DNA from: Alphaproteobacteria bacterium UBA6411
Lineage (GTDB): Bacteria; Pseudomonadota; Alphaproteobacteria; CAAGCB01; CAG-977
Reading direction: 5' to 3'
Length of the DNA stretch: 64,000 nucleotides
NCBI GenBank assembly: GCA_002438565.1
Contig: DJPN01000022.1
Location: forward strand, 2,492 to 66,491
This document shows, one piece after another, positions 1-9,060 of this stretch. The translations under genes were made by a program, and so were the position numbers. The notes under the pieces were generated by a model. That model did no database searches. It worked only from the letters and a program-made list of their open reading frames with translations, and had not been told where the DNA came from. Every line of letters starts with the position of its first letter. Position 1 is the stretch's first letter.

Positions 1-1578
1 AACCTGCGTTTCGTTCGCCAGCTGTTCAGCGGCTTTCAGCTTGTTTTCCAAGTCGGGAATCAGCTTGTAGCGCAATTCGCCCGCGTGTTCGTAGCGTCCT
101 TCGCGCAAAGCCTTGTCGACGTCGATTTTCGCGGCGTCCAGCTGTTCACGCAGTTTCGCGGCGTTCGCCATCGCGTTTTTGCCCGACGCCCATTTGCCCG
201 ACATTTCGGACGACTGGTCTTCCAAAGCCTTGATTTCGCCCTCCAGCTTCAGCAAACGTTCTTTCGACGCTTCGTCGGTTTCCTTTTTCAACGCTTCGCG
301 TTCGATTTTCAGCATCACCAAACGGCGGTCGATTTCATCCAAAGCTTCGGGTTTGGAATCGATTTCCATCCGCAGACGCGACGCGGCTTCGTCCATCAAG
401 TCAATGGCTTTGTCGGGCAAAAAGCGGTCGGAAATATAGCGGTTCGACAAAGTCGCCGCCGCCACCAGCGCGCTGTCGGAAATTTTGACCCCGTGGTGGA
501 GTTCATATTTTTCCTTAATCCCGCGCAGAATGGAAACGGTTTCCTCGACCGTCGGTTCATCGACAAAGACGGCTTGGAAACGGCGCGCCAAAGCGGCATC
601 TTTTTCAACGTACTTGCGGTATTCGTCCAACGTCGTCGCGCCGACGCAATGCAGTTCGCCGCGCGCCAAAGCGGGTTTCATCAAGTTCGAAGCGTCCATA
701 GACCCCTCGCTTGCCCCCGCGCCGACAATCGTGTGCATTTCGTCGATAAACAAAATCACGGCACCTTCGGCGGCGCTGATTTCTTCCAGAACGGCTTTCA
801 AGCGTTCCTCGAATTCGCCGCGGTACTTCGCACCCGCAATCAAGGCACCCATATCCAAAGCCAGCAGTTTTTTATGACGCAGGCTTTCGGGAACGTCGCC
901 GTTCACGATACGCTGAGCCAGCCCTTCAATAACCGCGGTCTTGCCGACCCCCGGTTCGCCGATAAGGACGGGGTTGTTTTTCGTGCGCCGCGACAGCACT
1001 TGAATCGTGCGGCGGATTTCCTCGTCACGGCCGATAACGGGGTCGATTTTGCCCTCGGCGGCGCGCGCGGTGTAATCCAGCGTGTACTTTTTCAAAGCGT
1101 TGTATTTGTCTTCGGCATTGGCGGAATCGGCTTTGCGCCCTTGACGCAAAGCTTCAATCGCGGCGTTCAGATTTTGCGCCGAAACGCCTGCGTCCGACAA
1201 AATGCGGTGCACGCCCGTGTTCGGCACAATCGCCATTGCCAACAGCATGCGTTCAACCGTTACGAACTCGTCGCCCGCCTTTTTGGCAACGTCTTCCGCC
1301 TGCTGCATGATTTTTCCGAATTCCTGGTTCGGATAGCTTTCAACCCCCTGCCCCGATACTTTGGGCAGTTTGTCAAGCGCTTCCTCAACCAGTTTCAGCG
1401 CCCGTTTCGGGTCGCCGCCCGCGCGCGCGATAAGTCCCGCGCACAAGCCTTCCTGGTCGTCCAGCAAAACTTTCAACAAATGTTCGGGCGTCAAATATTG
1501 GTGGTCGCTGCTTTGAGCCAACCCGCTGGCGGATTGAATGAAGCCGCGGCATCTGTCTGTAAATTTTTCGATATTCAT
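1..1578 (-). CDS. clpB: ClpB disaggregase (Hsp100/AAA+), first ~526 codons; the 3' part lies beyond the left window edge
   Basis: The gene is open at the window edge and so is absent from the ORF track. The reverse strand from ATG (comp. 1578-1576) reads [26 protein letters not shown]... with no stop down to nt 1. Comp. ~941-1000 encodes [20 protein letters not shown] (NBD1 Walker A), then [10 protein letters not shown] (Walker B) and a coiled-coil M-domain-like stretch. The plus ORF 85..1581 is its antisense shadow. Confidence 0.93.
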   Translation of the reverse strand, partial: MNIEKFTDRCRGFIQSASGLAQSSDHQYLTPEHLLKVLLDDQEGLCAGLIARAGGDPKRALKLVEEALDKLPKVSGQGVESYPNQEFGKIMQQAEDVAKKAGDEFVTVERMLLAMAIVPNTGVHRILSDAGVSAQNLNAAIEALRQGRKADSANAEDKYNALKKYTLDYTARAAEGKIDPVIGRDEEIRRTIQVLSRRTKNNPVLIGEPGVGKTAVIEGLAQRIVNGDVPESLRHKKLLALDMGALIAGAKYRGEFEERLKAVLEEISAAEGAVILFIDEMHTIVGAGASEGSMDASNLMKPALARGELHCVGATTLDEYRKYVEKDAALARRFQAVFVDEPTVEETVSILRGIKEKYELHHGVKISDSALVAAATLSNRYISDRFLPDKAIDLMDEAASRLRMEIDSKPEALDEIDRRLVMLKIEREALKKETDEASKERLLKLEGEIKALEDQSSEMSGKWASGKNAMANAAKLREQLDAAKIDVDKALREGRYEHAGELRYKLIPDLENKLKAAEQLANETQV

Positions 1579-1670
1579 TGAAGCATATCCCCTTTCGTTT
1601 GAAAAACATATAGGGCGTTTTTCCCCGCGCGCAAGGGGATTTATAGGAGGGTCAATGAAAAAAATTTCCG

Positions 1671-2267
1671 TCAAACGCTTTGCCGCTTGATGAAACGGTG
1701 CAAAGTCATTTTATCGACATCCATCATTCTGGCGATTTGAGCCTTGGGAACACCTTGATTCAGCAGTTGAAAGATTTTCCGCCTGTTCTTGGACAGCTTC
1801 AGCGTTTTGCTTTTTGCGCCCAAAGGCCTGCCCAGCTTCACCCCGTCGCTTTTTAATTTGTTCAGCGACATCTTGGTTCTGTCGGAAATCAGCTTTCTTT
1901 CGATTTCCGCAGAAATACCGAAAGCGAACGCCAGCACTTTGCTTTCCAGATTGTTGCCCAAGCGGTAATTTTCCTTGATGGCGAAAACCATGCAATTCCT
2001 GTCCAAACACCGTTGCAAAATGCCCATGATTTCCATCAAACTGCGCCCAAGGCGGGATATTTCGGTCACGATCAAAGTATCCCCTTCTTTCAATTTTTTC
2101 AACAGATTGCAAAGTTTGCGCTGTTCCAGCGGCTTTGTGCTGGAAACGGTTTCGGTTATCCAGATTTCGACACTCAAACCGTTTTGTTCCGCAAAACGGC
2201 TGATTTCGAATTTTTGATTTTCGACTGTTTGCTTGTCGGTTGAACATCTGCAATATCCATAAATCAT
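1671..2267 (-). CDS. Serine recombinase (resolvase/invertase family), catalytic residues present
   Basis: 198 aa, with ATG at comp. 2267. The N-terminus [13 protein letters not shown] carries the family Arg7/Ser9 (R-x-S-T-x-x-Q). TEISRLGRS matches the RLxR motif. The C-terminus has KLGRP plus a helix-turn-helix ([23 protein letters not shown]). Confidence 0.85.
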   Translation of the reverse strand: MIYGYCRCSTDKQTVENQKFEISRFAEQNGLSVEIWITETVSSTKPLEQRKLCNLLKKLKEGDTLIVTEISRLGRSLMEIMGILQRCLDRNCMVFAIKENYRLGNNLESKVLAFAFGISAEIERKLISDRTKMSLNKLKSDGVKLGRPLGAKSKTLKLSKNRRKIFQLLNQGVPKAQIARMMDVDKMTLHRFIKRQSV

Positions 2268-2517
2268 CGGGCAAATCTCCTTGTTTCAAGACAGGCTTCT
2301 TTATCAAATTTGGGGTTGCGAACGTATGCAAATAAAGGGACATTTAAATCAAGACATTTGTTGCTATAAATTGCACATCAACTATAAAGCACAAAAAGAT
2401 GAATATTGTTTTAAAACAAGGCGTTAATCTTTCTTCGCCTCATTTTCGTTTCGATATATCACAAATGTCCGTTTCTGATACTTATAGCCGATACTTTGAA
2501 TCCTAAGGGCTTGGAGA
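2268..2517. promoter_or_regulatory. AT-rich divergent control region between the recombinase and rgpF-like genes, with short repeats (possible recombinase binding sites)
   Basis: TCAAGACA occurs twice in direct orientation (2286-2293 and 2349-2356). GGACATTT (2338-2345) and GACATTTGT (2353-2361) are inverted relative to ACAAATGTCC (2461-2470). Several TATAAA-like boxes lie between them. The function is not demonstrated. Confidence 0.3.
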
Positions 2518-3393
2518 ATGGACGTTTGTAGGGGAAAAAAAGCGAAGGTCGCGGTTCATTTGCATTTGTATTACACGGATATGTGGGCGAAAATAGCCGA
2601 CAGTCTGTCAAATCTGGATGTATGCGATTGGGATTTGTTTGTAACGCTGACGCAATCGGATGCTCTGTTAAGCAAACAGATTTTGGAATATTTTCCGCGT
2701 GCAAAGATTTTTGTCGTTGAAAATCGCGGCTTTGACGTCGGTCCGTTTATCCATTTTCTGCATCAAATCGATTTGTCCGATTACGATTTTGTGTTGAAAC
2801 TGCATACCAAAAACGACAAGAACGGCAGTGACAGCCGAATTAACAAGTATTGGCTGTCCCGCGAAATGTGGACAAACCTGATGTATCAGTCTTTGATTTC
2901 GGACAGGCGGACGGTTTTGCGCAACTTGCATCGGTTTGACAAAGACGCGGATTGCGGGATGATCGCGTCCCGTTATTTGATTACATCGGAATTCGGGGCG
3001 TCAAAAAACGTTTGCCGCGGCGTTTTGTCGGCGATGAAAAATTTGACGGGACGATATCCGCCGAAAATCACTTTTGCGGCGGGAACGATGTTCGCGGTTA
3101 GGGCGAAATTGCTGGAACCGATTAAAAACGCCTATGCCTTGCAGGATTTTGCCGTGTCGGATTCTACTGTCAAAGACGGCACTTTGGCGCATGTGCTGGA
3201 ACGGGTGTTCGGGTGCATGGTCATCGCCCAAGGCTATAAAATCAAAGGTTCAATCCACAATTGGAAATTTGAAGCTGCTCAACCATTGAAACGGTTGAAG
3301 TCTTTTGTTTGGAACGCAAAAACAACGGCGCGCGGATACCGGCTGGTTAAAGTCTGCCGCATCCCCGTTTATCACAGGAGGATTATAAAATGA
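2518..3393 (+). CDS. RgpF-like rhamnan/polysaccharide synthesis glycosyltransferase
   Basis: 291 aa. The motifs VAVHLHLYYTDMW, FVVENRGFDVGPF, LKLHTKN and AGTMFAVR read like Rhamnan_synth_F family motifs. A GGAGA SD-like sequence precedes the ATG, and the stop overlaps the next start (ATGA at 3390-3393). Confidence 0.7.
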   Translation: MDVCRGKKAKVAVHLHLYYTDMWAKIADSLSNLDVCDWDLFVTLTQSDALLSKQILEYFPRAKIFVVENRGFDVGPFIHFLHQIDLSDYDFVLKLHTKNDKNGSDSRINKYWLSREMWTNLMYQSLISDRRTVLRNLHRFDKDADCGMIASRYLITSEFGASKNVCRGVLSAMKNLTGRYPPKITFAAGTMFAVRAKLLEPIKNAYALQDFAVSDSTVKDGTLAHVLERVFGCMVIAQGYKIKGSIHNWKFEAAQPLKRLKSFVWNAKTTARGYRLVKVCRIPVYHRRIIK

Positions 3394-6300
3394 ATCGCGG
3401 ATTTTTAAAAACTTTACGTTTTTTTCATCTGATTAACAAAAAAGCATACAAAAAACGGATGAAAAAGTACGCGCCGGAATACCGCGCGATTGCCAAATCG
3501 CCGCTGTTTGACGCCAAGTGGTATTTGGAACACAATCCCGATGTCGCCGCCGCCAAAGCCGACCCCGTGGAGCATTACTTGACAATCGGCTGGAAAGAGG
3601 ACCGCCCGACATCCCCATACTTTGACGGTCAAGCCTATCTGCGGATGTATTCCGACGTCGCCGGAGAAAATGAAAATCCGTTGTTGCATTACGAATTGTT
3701 CGGGAAAAATGAAGGCAGAAAATTAAAGGAAACGTGCAATGTAGCCTTGCAAAAAAAAATGCCGCGAAAAGATGTGTTTTTCAGTGTTATTGTCGCCAGT
3801 TACAACTATCGGGATTATATCCAAGAAACATTGGATTCATTGGTAAATCAAACGTATACAAATTTTGAAGTGATCGTCGTGGACGACGGTTCGACGGACG
3901 ATTCCGTTGAAGTGATACAGCAATACGTTGATAAATACCCTTTTATTCATTTGTATCGCCACCCGAACGGGGAAAACAAAGGATTGCCGGCAACCGTCAA
4001 ACTGGGCGTTGAAAAATCAAAGGGAGAATATATCGCCTTTTGCGAAAGCGATGATTATTGGACGGCAAATCATTTAGCGGAAGTCAACAAACTTATTACT
4101 TCATCTAAAAATGTTAAAATTGTAGTCAACGATGTTAGTCTTTTTGGGGATGGCAAACGAGCTGAATATGTGGAAAGAAACTTGATGCCATTAAGAAGGC
4201 ATGAACTTATTAAATCTCCTTTGTGTATGACTCGTTATGATTTTAGAATTCGCAATTGGATTGTTACATTTAGTGCAGTTTGCGTAAAGAAAAAACAATT
4301 AAATAATGTTGACATTTTGAATAATCCTAGACCTGCTAATGAAGATTGGTGGTTATGGCGTCAGGTATGTTATGGAAATAAGATTTATTACATTGATAAA
4401 CAATTGACAGCATGGCGCATGCATAATTCCTATATGACAAAAGACTCAGCAAAAACAGATGTATGTGATAAGCAACGCCTGTTTTTAGAAGAATGTGATA
4501 AACTGCTTGATAGAAAAGGGAATTTTATGACATCTTTTTCTGTAATAATGCCTACATATAATCGAAAAAAAATGATAACAAATGCAATTGATTCATTACT
4601 TTGTCAGTCATATAAAATTTTCGAATTGATAATTGTAGATGATGGTTCTACAGATGGTACGGATGATTTTCTAAAGAAAAAATACGAAAAAGAGATTTCT
4701 TCAGGAATAATACGTTATTTTTATCAAAAAAATTCAGGCTGCTGTAAAGCAAGGAACTTTGGATTGAAGATGGCTAAAAACGATTGGATAGCTTATCTTG
4801 ATTCGGACAATGAATTGGCCAATGATTTTTTGAAAACAATGGCTTCAGCTATTGAATGTAATCCTAATGCAAAAACTTTTTATGGGAAGTTTCATGCAAT
4901 AAATAGTGATAAAGACAGAATTGTTGGGCAAGAATTCGATTTCAATTGCCTCATATCCGAAAATTTTATCGATCTTGGAGTATTTGTTCATCATCGCTCT
5001 GTTGGAGAACAGTTAGGAGGATTTGATGAAAATATGACGCGATTGGTTGATTATGACTTAATTACAAGGTATGTGAGAGAGTATAAGCCAATCTTTATTG
5101 ATAAAATTATTATGAAATATAATGACGGTAATGAGAGTGATCGTATATCCAAATCAGGAAATTTGATGGATAATTGGAATTATTACAAAATCAAAAATAC
5201 TAATTTTATTAAGGTGTCGACAATTATAACCTCGTTTAATCATGAAAAATACATAGAACAAGCCATTGAAAGCGCGATAACACAGCAAGGAAATTTTATT
5301 CACGAAATCATAATTTCAGATGACGGCTCATCAGATGAAACACCAAAAATTATTGAGAAATATGCGATAAAATACCCGCATTTAATTCGGAATATATCCG
5401 AAAAAAGAAACGTCGGCATCTCAAAAAATATGAAAAAATGTATAAAGGAAGCAACGGGAAAGTATATTTTCATTTGTGAGGGGGACGATTATTGGTGTGA
5501 TGTATTTAAAATAAAGAAACAAATTGAATTTTCTGAAAAACATGGATATAGTTTTGTATTCAATGATATTAAAATATTTAATGAAGAAAAAAATACAATA
5601 ACATGCGCAATTCAGCATAAAACACTAAATAATGAATTGTGCGGGTGGGATGCTTTGAAAGCACCTGAATTAAGTTTGCCTGTGACATTTTCTTGTTGTA
5701 TGTTCGATTCAAAAATCTTAAAAAATATTCCTGAAATTTTATATGAAGGAAGATTGAGTGAAATAGGACTTTTCTTTTATTTTGAAAAATTCAGTAAAAT
5801 TGGTTATATTCCGCAAGCAATGACTGTTTATAGACAACACAAAGGAAGTGTATGGTCAGGAGCTTCGGAAGAAGATAAAAAACGGCAGAAAATACGAGTT
5901 CGAGAAGTTGCTTTGGCCGTTTGCAGAAAAGAGTATAAAAAAACTTTAGAAAAAATCATTGCTCAATTAAAAGGGACAACACCCAATTCTGCTAATCCCT
6001 TTTTCTCCATTACCAAACAGGGAAACAAGAAAATTTACCGTGTTTTAGGGTTGAAAATTACGCGAAAAAACCGCTTTGCCGCTTTGTCCGCCGAAATTGC
6101 TCAAAACCGTGTTGAAAACGGCGAATTGTTTGCGAAATTGCACCAAGCATTAAGCAAACAGATCGTTGATGCACTGTCACGTCAGGACATCGTGAAAAAG
6201 GAACTGGGCAATCTGAACAACGAAATCAAAAGCTTGGTTGAAAAACAGAATAAATTGCAAGAAGCGCTGTCGAAATCAACGGATTTAACTGTTGCCGCAA

Positions 6301-7466
6301 TCAATGAAACGGGACGCAACAGTGTAGGGAGCATTGCGGCGCAAATAAGCCGAATGTCTGCCATGCTGTCGAGCGAACTGATGTACAGCGCGCGGCAGTC
6401 CGAAGAAGCGACGGCGGCACTGGAAAACCAAATGGCGTCTTATTGCCAGACTTTGCAAAACAGTTTGTTTTCCAATGCAAAGGCGATTGAACGCGCGTCT
6501 GAAAAATTGTTATCCGATTTCCAATTGTTGACGGCGGAAACGAAAACGGCGGGTGAAAAGGCAAACCTTGCCATCAAGGAATGCGGTTTGAACGCTAAAG
6601 ACGGACTGTTGCATCTGACAGAAAAATTAACCCGTCAGACTGCTGAAATCAGCGCGAGTGTCAGCAACGCTTTGAAAGAGCAGACCTCTGGTTTGAAATC
6701 GGAACTGACGGAGTTGTCAAAAGGCTTTTCAGAGAAACAGAATGAAAACGCGCAAGATTTAAAGCAAAAAATACAAAAGGCGCAGACGGAAGCACGACAA
6801 AATTATCAAGAATTGAACTTTGCAGATTTGTTTCACGACACCACTTTGCAAACAGCTTGGCTGAAAGACAAATCTTTCACCTGTTTCCGCGGGGCGGCGA
6901 ACTATAGTTTTCTTTATACGCTGTTCAGAGTTTTGGACAACGCCAATCCTCAAACAATTTTGGAAATGGGAATGGGGCAAACGTCCAAACTGACAACTCA
7001 ATATGCGGCGTTCAAACATCCCGAGGCAAGACTGGATATTGTCGAAAACGACAAAAACTGGATTGACCTTTATTCAGCACAATTGGCAAAGGGGGACAAT
7101 ATCCGCATCCATCATCAAGAACTGGAATTCTTTACGGTAAACGGGATTGCTTGCCGCAAATATGCCGATATGACGCCGATTGTCCAAGACACGAAATATC
7201 AGCTGATTGTCGTTGACGGACCTTTCGGTGCCGACCAGCCGCAACCGAGGACGAACATTATCGGGCTGATTGACAACAATAACCTTGCCGACGATTTCGT
7301 CATCATATTCGACGATGCCGAACGGGCTGGCGAACAGGATACTATTCGCAAAACGAAGCAAAAACTGTCCGAAAAGGGAATTAAATTCGTGGAAGACAAG
7401 CGCACGGGCATTAAAACTCAAATTTTGCTGTTGAGCGAAAGCCGTTCTTTTATCAACTTTTTGTAA
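3390..7466 (+). CDS. Giant multidomain glycosyltransferase: N-terminal repeat motif, three GT2 domains, a long coiled coil, and a C-terminal SAM-methyltransferase-like Rossmann domain
   Basis: 1358 aa, with AGGAGG 7 nt upstream of the ATG. There are three GT-A openers with following DDGS/D-x-D motifs: FSVIVASYNY (~3780), FSVIMPTYNR (~4535) and VSTIITSFNH (~5214). A heptad-like Q/E/K/L-rich segment spans ~6040-6800. The C-terminus has ILEMGMGQTS ... VVDGPFG ... IIFDDAER. The central part (~4080-6000) is visibly much more AT-rich than both ends. Confidence 0.8.
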   Translation: MNRGFLKTLRFFHLINKKAYKKRMKKYAPEYRAIAKSPLFDAKWYLEHNPDVAAAKADPVEHYLTIGWKEDRPTSPYFDGQAYLRMYSDVAGENENPLLHYELFGKNEGRKLKETCNVALQKKMPRKDVFFSVIVASYNYRDYIQETLDSLVNQTYTNFEVIVVDDGSTDDSVEVIQQYVDKYPFIHLYRHPNGENKGLPATVKLGVEKSKGEYIAFCESDDYWTANHLAEVNKLITSSKNVKIVVNDVSLFGDGKRAEYVERNLMPLRRHELIKSPLCMTRYDFRIRNWIVTFSAVCVKKKQLNNVDILNNPRPANEDWWLWRQVCYGNKIYYIDKQLTAWRMHNSYMTKDSAKTDVCDKQRLFLEECDKLLDRKGNFMTSFSVIMPTYNRKKMITNAIDSLLCQSYKIFELIIVDDGSTDGTDDFLKKKYEKEISSGIIRYFYQKNSGCCKARNFGLKMAKNDWIAYLDSDNELANDFLKTMASAIECNPNAKTFYGKFHAINSDKDRIVGQEFDFNCLISENFIDLGVFVHHRSVGEQLGGFDENMTRLVDYDLITRYVREYKPIFIDKIIMKYNDGNESDRISKSGNLMDNWNYYKIKNTNFIKVSTIITSFNHEKYIEQAIESAITQQGNFIHEIIISDDGSSDETPKIIEKYAIKYPHLIRNISEKRNVGISKNMKKCIKEATGKYIFICEGDDYWCDVFKIKKQIEFSEKHGYSFVFNDIKIFNEEKNTITCAIQHKTLNNELCGWDALKAPELSLPVTFSCCMFDSKILKNIPEILYEGRLSEIGLFFYFEKFSKIGYIPQAMTVYRQHKGSVWSGASEEDKKRQKIRVREVALAVCRKEYKKTLEKIIAQLKGTTPNSANPFFSITKQGNKKIYRVLGLKITRKNRFAALSAEIAQNRVENGELFAKLHQALSKQIVDALSRQDIVKKELGNLNNEIKSLVEKQNKLQEALSKSTDLTVAAINETGRNSVGSIAAQISRMSAMLSSELMYSARQSEEATAALENQMASYCQTLQNSLFSNAKAIERASEKLLSDFQLLTAETKTAGEKANLAIKECGLNAKDGLLHLTEKLTRQTAEISASVSNALKEQTSGLKSELTELSKGFSEKQNENAQDLKQKIQKAQTEARQNYQELNFADLFHDTTLQTAWLKDKSFTCFRGAANYSFLYTLFRVLDNANPQTILEMGMGQTSKLTTQYAAFKHPEARLDIVENDKNWIDLYSAQLAKGDNIRIHHQELEFFTVNGIACRKYADMTPIVQDTKYQLIVVDGPFGADQPQPRTNIIGLIDNNNLADDFVIIFDDAERAGEQDTIRKTKQKLSEKGIKFVEDKRTGIKTQILLLSESRSFINFL

Positions 7467-7480
7467 AAAAGGGGGAGCGT

Positions 7481-8056
7481 ATGATCGTCGCTTTTATACA
7501 AGATCAGACGAGCGATGAAGTCGCCAAGCGTCAGCGAACGGCGATTTTGGATTATGCCGAATTGCGCGGTATTCAAATTGATGCTTGGGTTGCCGCAAGC
7601 GATTTTTTGCCCGAAAGTTTAAACACGGGCGATGTTTTGCTGTTGGAAAAAACGTTCCGATTGGCAAAAGACGTCGCTTCCATTGCCAAAACATTGGCCG
7701 CGCTGTTGAAAAGGGGTGTTGCGGTTTATTCCTGCGCCGACGGCGTTTTGTTTGACGGAAACCTTGAATCCGCGGCGGAAATGGCGGATATGCTTGAAAA
7801 GATTGTGATTTTGACGGAGGATTTGCGATCCCGATTGACCAAGGAAAGTTTGGATATGCGCCGTTGCGCGGGGCAAAAGCTGGGGCGTCCTTACGGTGCG
7901 CTGAACAAGCAAATCAAATTGTCGGGACATGAAATCGAAATCGCCGAATTGCTGCAAAGCGGCTGTTCGCGCCGTCAAATCGCCGAAAAACTGCACGTTG
8001 CGCCAAACACTGTGACAAGCTTTATAAAAAGGACACCCGAACTGGCGGATATATAG
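7481..8056 (+). CDS. Serine-recombinase-like protein lacking the catalytic Ser/Arg (pseudo-resolvase with an intact HTH)
   Basis: 191 aa, with GGGGGAG SD, lying 14 nt after the giant GT stop. It is collinear with the 1671..2267 protein. However, MIVAFIQDQTSDE aligns Gln to Arg7 and Gln to Ser9, and RLGR becomes RLAK. The C-terminal KLGRPYG ... RRQIAEKLHVAPNTVTSFIKR is conserved with the paralog. Confidence 0.65.
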   Translation: MIVAFIQDQTSDEVAKRQRTAILDYAELRGIQIDAWVAASDFLPESLNTGDVLLLEKTFRLAKDVASIAKTLAALLKRGVAVYSCADGVLFDGNLESAAEMADMLEKIVILTEDLRSRLTKESLDMRRCAGQKLGRPYGALNKQIKLSGHEIEIAELLQSGCSRRQIAEKLHVAPNTVTSFIKRTPELADI

Positions 8057-8086
8057 AATATGCAGTCGAAATAAACCTTAACAATT

Positions 8087-8374
8087 TTATTCGGACTCCG
8101 CGTCTTTTTGCAGGAATTTGACCGCTTTTTTAAACGTCTTGTCCTTGGCTTTGTAAACGATTTGCCGCCCCGCGCGTTCGGAAACGCACAGCCCCGCCTG
8201 CGTCAAAGCGTTCAAGTGAAACGACAGCGTGTTGCGCGGCATTTCACCCAAAGCGTCAATAATTTGCGTCGGGGTCAATCCCTGTTCGCCCGCTTTTGTC
8301 ATCAGCTTAAAGATTTTCAAGCGGCTTTTCTGCCCCAAAGCATTGAAAATACAGGCGGCTTCTTCGGCTTTCAT
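8087..8374 (-). CDS. ArsR/SmtB-family winged-helix transcriptional regulator
   Basis: 95 aa. FNALGQKSRLKIFKLM ... LTPTQIIDALGEMPRNTLSFHLNALTQAGL is the typical ArsR HTH layout. Confidence 0.8.
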   Translation of the reverse strand: MKAEEAACIFNALGQKSRLKIFKLMTKAGEQGLTPTQIIDALGEMPRNTLSFHLNALTQAGLCVSERAGRQIVYKAKDKTFKKAVKFLQKDAESE

Positions 8375-8380
8375 CGGATT

Positions 8381-8971
8381 TTACGCGTTCGGCTGGGCGG
8401 CGGCGGTTTTGGCGGAACGGGGCGGACGGCCGCGGCGGCGCACGACGGGAGCGGCGGCAGGTTCCGCGGGCTTTTCAGCCGCCTTTTCACGGCGTTTCAT
8501 TTCGTTTGCCGCCATGGCGGATACGGGAACGGACAAATCCAATTCCGAAACGGGCGTTTCAACGGGCTGTTCGGCGGGGGCTTCCTCTGCGGTTTCTTCA
8601 ATCGCGGGTTCGGCGGAAACAATATCGATTTCCTGCGCTTCTTCGATTTGTTCGGGTTGTTCAAACGGCTGTTGCTGATACTGCTGAGCGCGCTGCTGTT
8701 CGGCGGCAATCGCCATCAAGTTCAAGCGGTTGTAATGGTCGGCGTGCTGCAGGCAGTTTTCCGCCAAAACGCGGTCGGACGACATCGCGTCCTTTGCCGC
8801 CGCCAAGTATTTTTCCATCAGCTGAAACGCCGTGCCGCGCAAACGCCCGACGGGACCCAAGCTGTCGTAAACCGTGTTGCGGTTGGGCGCGTTGTTGAAA
8901 CGGCGGTTGTTGTTATTGTTATTGAAATTATGACCGCGTCCGCGTGAACGCCCTCTTGGATTCATACCCAT
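8381..8971 (-). CDS. DUF4167 domain protein (conserved alphaproteobacterial protein)
   Basis: The N-terminus is Arg/Asn-rich, followed by LRGTAFQLMEKYLAAAKDA ... AENCLQHADHY, then an acidic/Pro-rich tail. The track start at 8980 is GTG. I prefer the ATG at 8971 (MGMNPRG), but the start is uncertain. Confidence 0.7.
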   Translation of the reverse strand: MGMNPRGRSRGRGHNFNNNNNNRRFNNAPNRNTVYDSLGPVGRLRGTAFQLMEKYLAAAKDAMSSDRVLAENCLQHADHYNRLNLMAIAAEQQRAQQYQQQPFEQPEQIEEAQEIDIVSAEPAIEETAEEAPAEQPVETPVSELDLSVPVSAMAANEMKRREKAAEKPAEPAAAPVVRRRGRPPRSAKTAAAQPNA

Positions 8972-9060
8972 TGACAACACTCTTTATCCGATGAAAAAAA
9001 ATCAAAAGCGGCAACTTCGCCCGCTGTTTTGCGTTAATTTAGCGGGTTGTTTGTCCGTTT

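Noticed and set aside
85-1581. A 498-aa plus-strand ORF covering the left end of the window.
   Set aside because: Its translation is low-complexity and rich in F/R/Q/V. It lies exactly antisense to an unmistakable ClpB reading frame, which is open at the window edge and therefore missing from the track.
2281-2312. Similarity of TTGTTTCAAGAC...TTTATCAAATTTGG to Hin hix half-sites (TTCTTGAAAACC / TTATCAAAAACC).
   Set aside because: The two half-site-like elements face each other with the wrong polarity and spacing compared with a 26-bp hix/gix dyad. In AT-rich DNA this level of similarity is expected by chance.
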